From the IMG/VR virus record IMGVR_UViG_2974766419_000001, positions 1 to 64,000 of that record: 64,000 nt of DNA; one strand, given 5' to 3'. The stretch comes from a virus (Duplodnaviria > Caudoviricetes). Numbering within the stretch: the first letter of the stretch is position 1; each line of letters begins with the position of its first letter. Positions 61,793 through 64,000 of this stretch are shown here, in pieces. The notes beneath the pieces are model-generated. The model was not told where the DNA came from. It saw nothing but the letters and a program-made list of their open reading frames with translations, and did no database searches. The position numbers were made by a program, and so were the translations under genes.

Positions 61793-62070
61793 GCCTCCAC
61801 CGCCTCGACCTGTGGCAGCGCCTCGACCTGCGAGTAGTCGCCGTCGACCGGCTCGACGTGGATCACCGACCCGTAAGGGAGCACGATCTCCTGCGGATCG
61901 TTGGCACCGTATCCGAGTCGGACGCGATCCTTGAACGCGATCACCAGCATCAGTTCGGCCGTCACGACCGTCTCGACGCCCTTCGCCGCGTCCCAGACGC
62001 GGAGCCGGATCGTCTTACCGATGTCGGCCGCGCGGAGGTTCTCGACCTGCACGAACGTGTTCTGCTTCAC
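61789..62070 (-). CDS. Hypothetical protein (93 aa)
   Basis: GTGA overlap. Confidence 0.65.
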   Translation of the reverse strand: MKQNTFVQVENLRAADIGKTIRLRVWDAAKGVETVVTAELMLVIAFKDRVRLGYGANDPQEIVLPYGSVIHVEPVDGDYSQVEALPQVEAVEA

Positions 62071-62228
62071 CACTTCATTCCCTCGCACTCGCAGCCCTCG
62101 ATCTTGCACGGTCCGGAGTTGGGCCGGTGATCACTCCGGAAGTGCCCATCCATGCCGTGCGTCCACGTCCACGGTCCTTCGGTGACGCCTTCCAGTGCTG
62201 CTTTCGCGCGCTCCACAACGTCGCTCAT
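62067..62228 (-). CDS. Small protein (53 aa), MSDVVERAKAALEGVTEGPW family
   Basis: Translated by hand; overlaps at both ends. Confidence 0.6.
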   Translation of the reverse strand: MSDVVERAKAALEGVTEGPWTWTHGMDGHFRSDHRPNSGPCKIEGCECEGMKW

Positions 62229-62491
62229 CGCTCCAGCTCCTCAGTGGTGTAGATGAGCTTGGCGGTGTCGCATGGCCAATCGACCTCGCAGTGTTCGCAT
62301 ACGCGGTCTCTGAGTCGGCAGTCCTCTCCGCTGCAGCAGGCGTTGATGCAGTTGCTCCACCGAGGGCGGTGCAGTTCGCGGATCGGCTTCAACACCTCGC
62401 GGGCAGCAACAACAAGGTCTCTATTGGGCGTCGGGTATGCGTAAACCAGCTTCATAACCCGTGTCGCAGCTTCTACTGCTGGATCACTCAC
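62225..62491 (-). CDS. Hypothetical Cys-rich protein (88 aa)
   Basis: LHRP...VCEHC...WPCDTA; GGAGG SD. Confidence 0.7.
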   Translation of the reverse strand: MSDPAVEAATRVMKLVYAYPTPNRDLVVAAREVLKPIRELHRPRWSNCINACCSGEDCRLRDRVCEHCEVDWPCDTAKLIYTTEELER

Positions 62492-62865
62492 ACTTCCTCC
62501 TCGGTTACAGCCGCAGCAGCAGCGAGAAGAGCAGCGGCGAGGCGGGTCGCGGTCTCTACCCGCATGGCGGCGACCGTGTCGCCATCCTCAAGAACCACCC
62601 CAACATCTGTCTCGGCGACCACATAGGACTCGTCCACTGTCCAGGCGTTGCGTGTCGACCATCCACGGTCGACTTCGGGTAGTTCTACTAGCTCGATACG
62701 AGCTGCCCGAAGCGCTTCTTGAATCACCACGCTCAGATGCTTCTCGTGGGCAACCGCGTCATACTTGCGCGGGCCTTCACCGCAAAGGCACCCCGAACCC
62801 ATTAACGGGTGCATGGAGATAGTGCTTCCGATGACGGCGTTCACTCGGCTATTCGGCGTTGTCAT
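62488..62865 (-). CDS. Hypothetical protein (125 aa)
   Basis: AAAGGGGAG SD; IELVELPE...AAALLAAA pattern. Confidence 0.7.
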   Translation of the reverse strand: MTTPNSRVNAVIGSTISMHPLMGSGCLCGEGPRKYDAVAHEKHLSVVIQEALRAARIELVELPEVDRGWSTRNAWTVDESYVVAETDVGVVLEDGDTVAAMRVETATRLAAALLAAAAAVTEEEV

Positions 62866-62931
62866 TTCTCCCCTTTCTTCTCGTGGGGTGTTCGGATTCC
62901 GAATAGGTTTCTAGTACTGAACTTTCCCCGT

Positions 62932-63381
62932 TCACACTTCCTCCCCCTCCAGTGCAGCGAGGATCTTGTACGGATACAGCGGTCCGCGCGACGGGTCTTC
63001 GCACAGTTCTCGGATTCGTGCTTCCTGCGCCCGAAGACGTTCGTTCTCGGCGTTGATGGCGTCGTACTGTGCCCGCCATTCCGCCAACTGGGCCGATTTG
63101 AGTTCAACTTCGGCGATCAACTCGGGAACCAACGAACGCGCAGAAGCAATAAACTCGGCGTCTGCAACAGTCGGGGGCCAGCAGCACTGCCGCGCGGCAT
63201 GTGTTGCCCCACGCACCTTCAGAACATTCAGACGGTGCATGCTCGGATCGAACGTGTGAGTGATCTCGCGGACGTACCACTCATCAACCGTCGCCCCTGG
63301 CATCGCATGGACCCTCGTCTCCCATGGTCCTTCCGTGACGCCTTCCAGTGCTGCTTTCGCGCGGGCCACAACATCACTCAC
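62932..63381 (-). CDS. Hypothetical protein (149 aa), MSDVVARAKAALEGVTEGPW family
   Basis: DAEFIASAR..VPELIAEVE; GTGA overlap. Confidence 0.72.
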   Translation of the reverse strand: MSDVVARAKAALEGVTEGPWETRVHAMPGATVDEWYVREITHTFDPSMHRLNVLKVRGATHAARQCCWPPTVADAEFIASARSLVPELIAEVELKSAQLAEWRAQYDAINAENERLRAQEARIRELCEDPSRGPLYPYKILAALEGEEV

Positions 63382-63803
63382 TGCACAGCCTCCAGTTGAT
63401 CCCCCTCCGACTCCAGCGCCGCAATGTGCCAACGCAGGAAATCCAGCGCCTCCTTGTTGTTGGTGTCGAAGAACAGGTGTTCGGCCTGCTCCTCATCAAG
63501 GCCCAGCAGGTCGGCGGCGCGTATCTCGATGGCCGTGGTCGTCCGCGCGCCTCGAACCTTGACCATGTTGCGCATCGACAAACTGAACCACCGCACCTCG
63601 GTGTTCGGGTCGACCACGCAGGCCGTGCCGGCGATGCACATCGTCGTGCCGCACTCAGTGTCGCCGCGGTACCCCCACGAGTTCTGGTCGTGATGGCCAG
63701 GGTGCTTCTCGGCCCAGTCCAAGACGATCTTGGCCATTTCCAGCGGCGTCGGGGTCTCGGTCAGCTTCGGCAGGCCCAGCTGGTCAGTGATGTCGATGAT
63801 CAT
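63378..63803 (-). CDS. Hypothetical protein (141 aa)
   Basis: HDQNSW...CGTTMCIAG...AADLLGL...A..LF; AAGGAGG SD. Confidence 0.75.
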   Translation of the reverse strand: MIIDITDQLGLPKLTETPTPLEMAKIVLDWAEKHPGHHDQNSWGYRGDTECGTTMCIAGTACVVDPNTEVRWFSLSMRNMVKVRGARTTTAIEIRAADLLGLDEEQAEHLFFDTNNKEALDFLRWHIAALESEGDQLEAVQ

Positions 63804-63845
63804 TTCTCTCCTCCTTGGTGGGATGTTCGGATTCCGAACAGGTTT

Positions 63846-64000
63846 CTAGTACTGAACTTTCGCCGTGAGTTCGTCCACGGCCACGCGGGCCATCTCAAAC
63901 GCCTCGTCCCACGACAGGTCGGTGCGATCCCACATCACCGACCCGCTGTCGGTGTCCACCACCTGCGCATGGACACCCGTCTTCTCCAGCGTCATCCACA
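63846..64000 (-). CDS. 3' part of a hypothetical gene running in from the window edge
   Basis: ...WDEAFEMARVAVDELTAKVQY*. Confidence 0.6.
   Translation of the reverse strand, partial: WMTLEKTGVHAQVVDTDSGSVMWDRTDLSWDEAFEMARVAVDELTAKVQY

Larger units (their letters stand above)
25793..62888 (-). promoter_or_regulatory. Start-associated motif CCCCACGA followed by a purine-rich SD
   Basis: Plus-strand TCGTGGGG at 25793, 50778, 55241, 55502, 57487, 57823, 61399, 62881; variants at 50070 and 51905. Confidence 0.7.
1325..63840. repeat. Dispersed 17-bp palindromic operator-like repeat TGTTCGG-N3-CCGAACA (27 copies)
   Basis: Perfect copies start at 4269, 6461, 13654, 18541, 23903, 25801, 27691, 32538, 36025, 42935, 42970, 47407, 48401, 53436, 55254, 55811, 57831, 59622, 61332, 61413, 63824; one-mismatch copies at 1325, 1703, 9297, 50078, 51922, 62889 (found by eye, may be incomplete). 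Confidence 0.95.
62889..63860. repeat. 37-bp direct repeat (operator + 20 bp) at 62889-62925 and 63824-63860
   Basis: TGTTCGGATTCCGAA[T/C]AGGTTTCTAGTACTGAACTTT, 36/37 identical. Confidence 0.9.

Noticed and set aside
1325-63840. 17-bp repeat plus Cas4-like gene as a CRISPR system
   Set aside because: Repeats are dispersed over 62 kb with no regular spacers, and there is no cas1/cas2; stand-alone Cas4-like nucleases are common in phages.
62173-63860. Direct repeats as template/variable repeats of a diversity-generating retroelement
   Set aside because: No reverse transcriptase gene, repeats are short, and mismatches are not adenine-specific.
1-64000. tRNA, rRNA or tmRNA genes
   Set aside because: No cloverleaf with a T-loop GTTCRA consensus and acceptor stem was recognisable in the short intergenic gaps; a tRNAscan/Aragorn run would be decisive.

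Overview
This window is most of the genome of a GC-rich siphovirus of actinobacteria. The gene order, the dispersed 17-bp palindrome TGTTCGG-N3-CCGAACA (27 copies found by eye), a glycosyltransferase block between portal and protease, and Ku, beta-clamp, ParB and AAA genes match what I recall of Cluster O (Corndog-like) mycobacteriophages; this is pattern recognition, not a database result. Layout: (1) a leftward operon at 152-4750 (split C5 DNA methyltransferase, endonuclease VII, two truncated terminase-like genes); (2) an AT-rich divergent control/origin-like region at ~4750-5250; (3) a rightward unit at 5250-47310 (Cas4-like nuclease, SSB-like protein, primase-polymerase/helicase, a truncated MPME element, terminase, portal, O-methyl/glycosyltransferases, capsid, tail, lysis), interrupted by a reversed whiB-like gene and a reversed 4-gene HTH operon; (4) a leftward unit from 47279 to the window edge (ART-like protein, beta clamp, SPFH lipoprotein, Ku, ParB, AAA ATPase module, many small ORFs). 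I saw no integrase, tRNA, rRNA or CRISPR array. The most interesting unexplained signals are: two tandem mini-terminase genes, a shared C-terminal [RQ]xLD[FWL] peptide motif on unrelated proteins, an FN3 domain split across two tail genes, an R-S-E ADP-ribosyltransferase-like gene and an EF-Ts N-domain look-alike. All coordinates were counted by hand; where start codons differ from the ORF track I chose them from Shine-Dalgarno sequences and stop/start overlaps.
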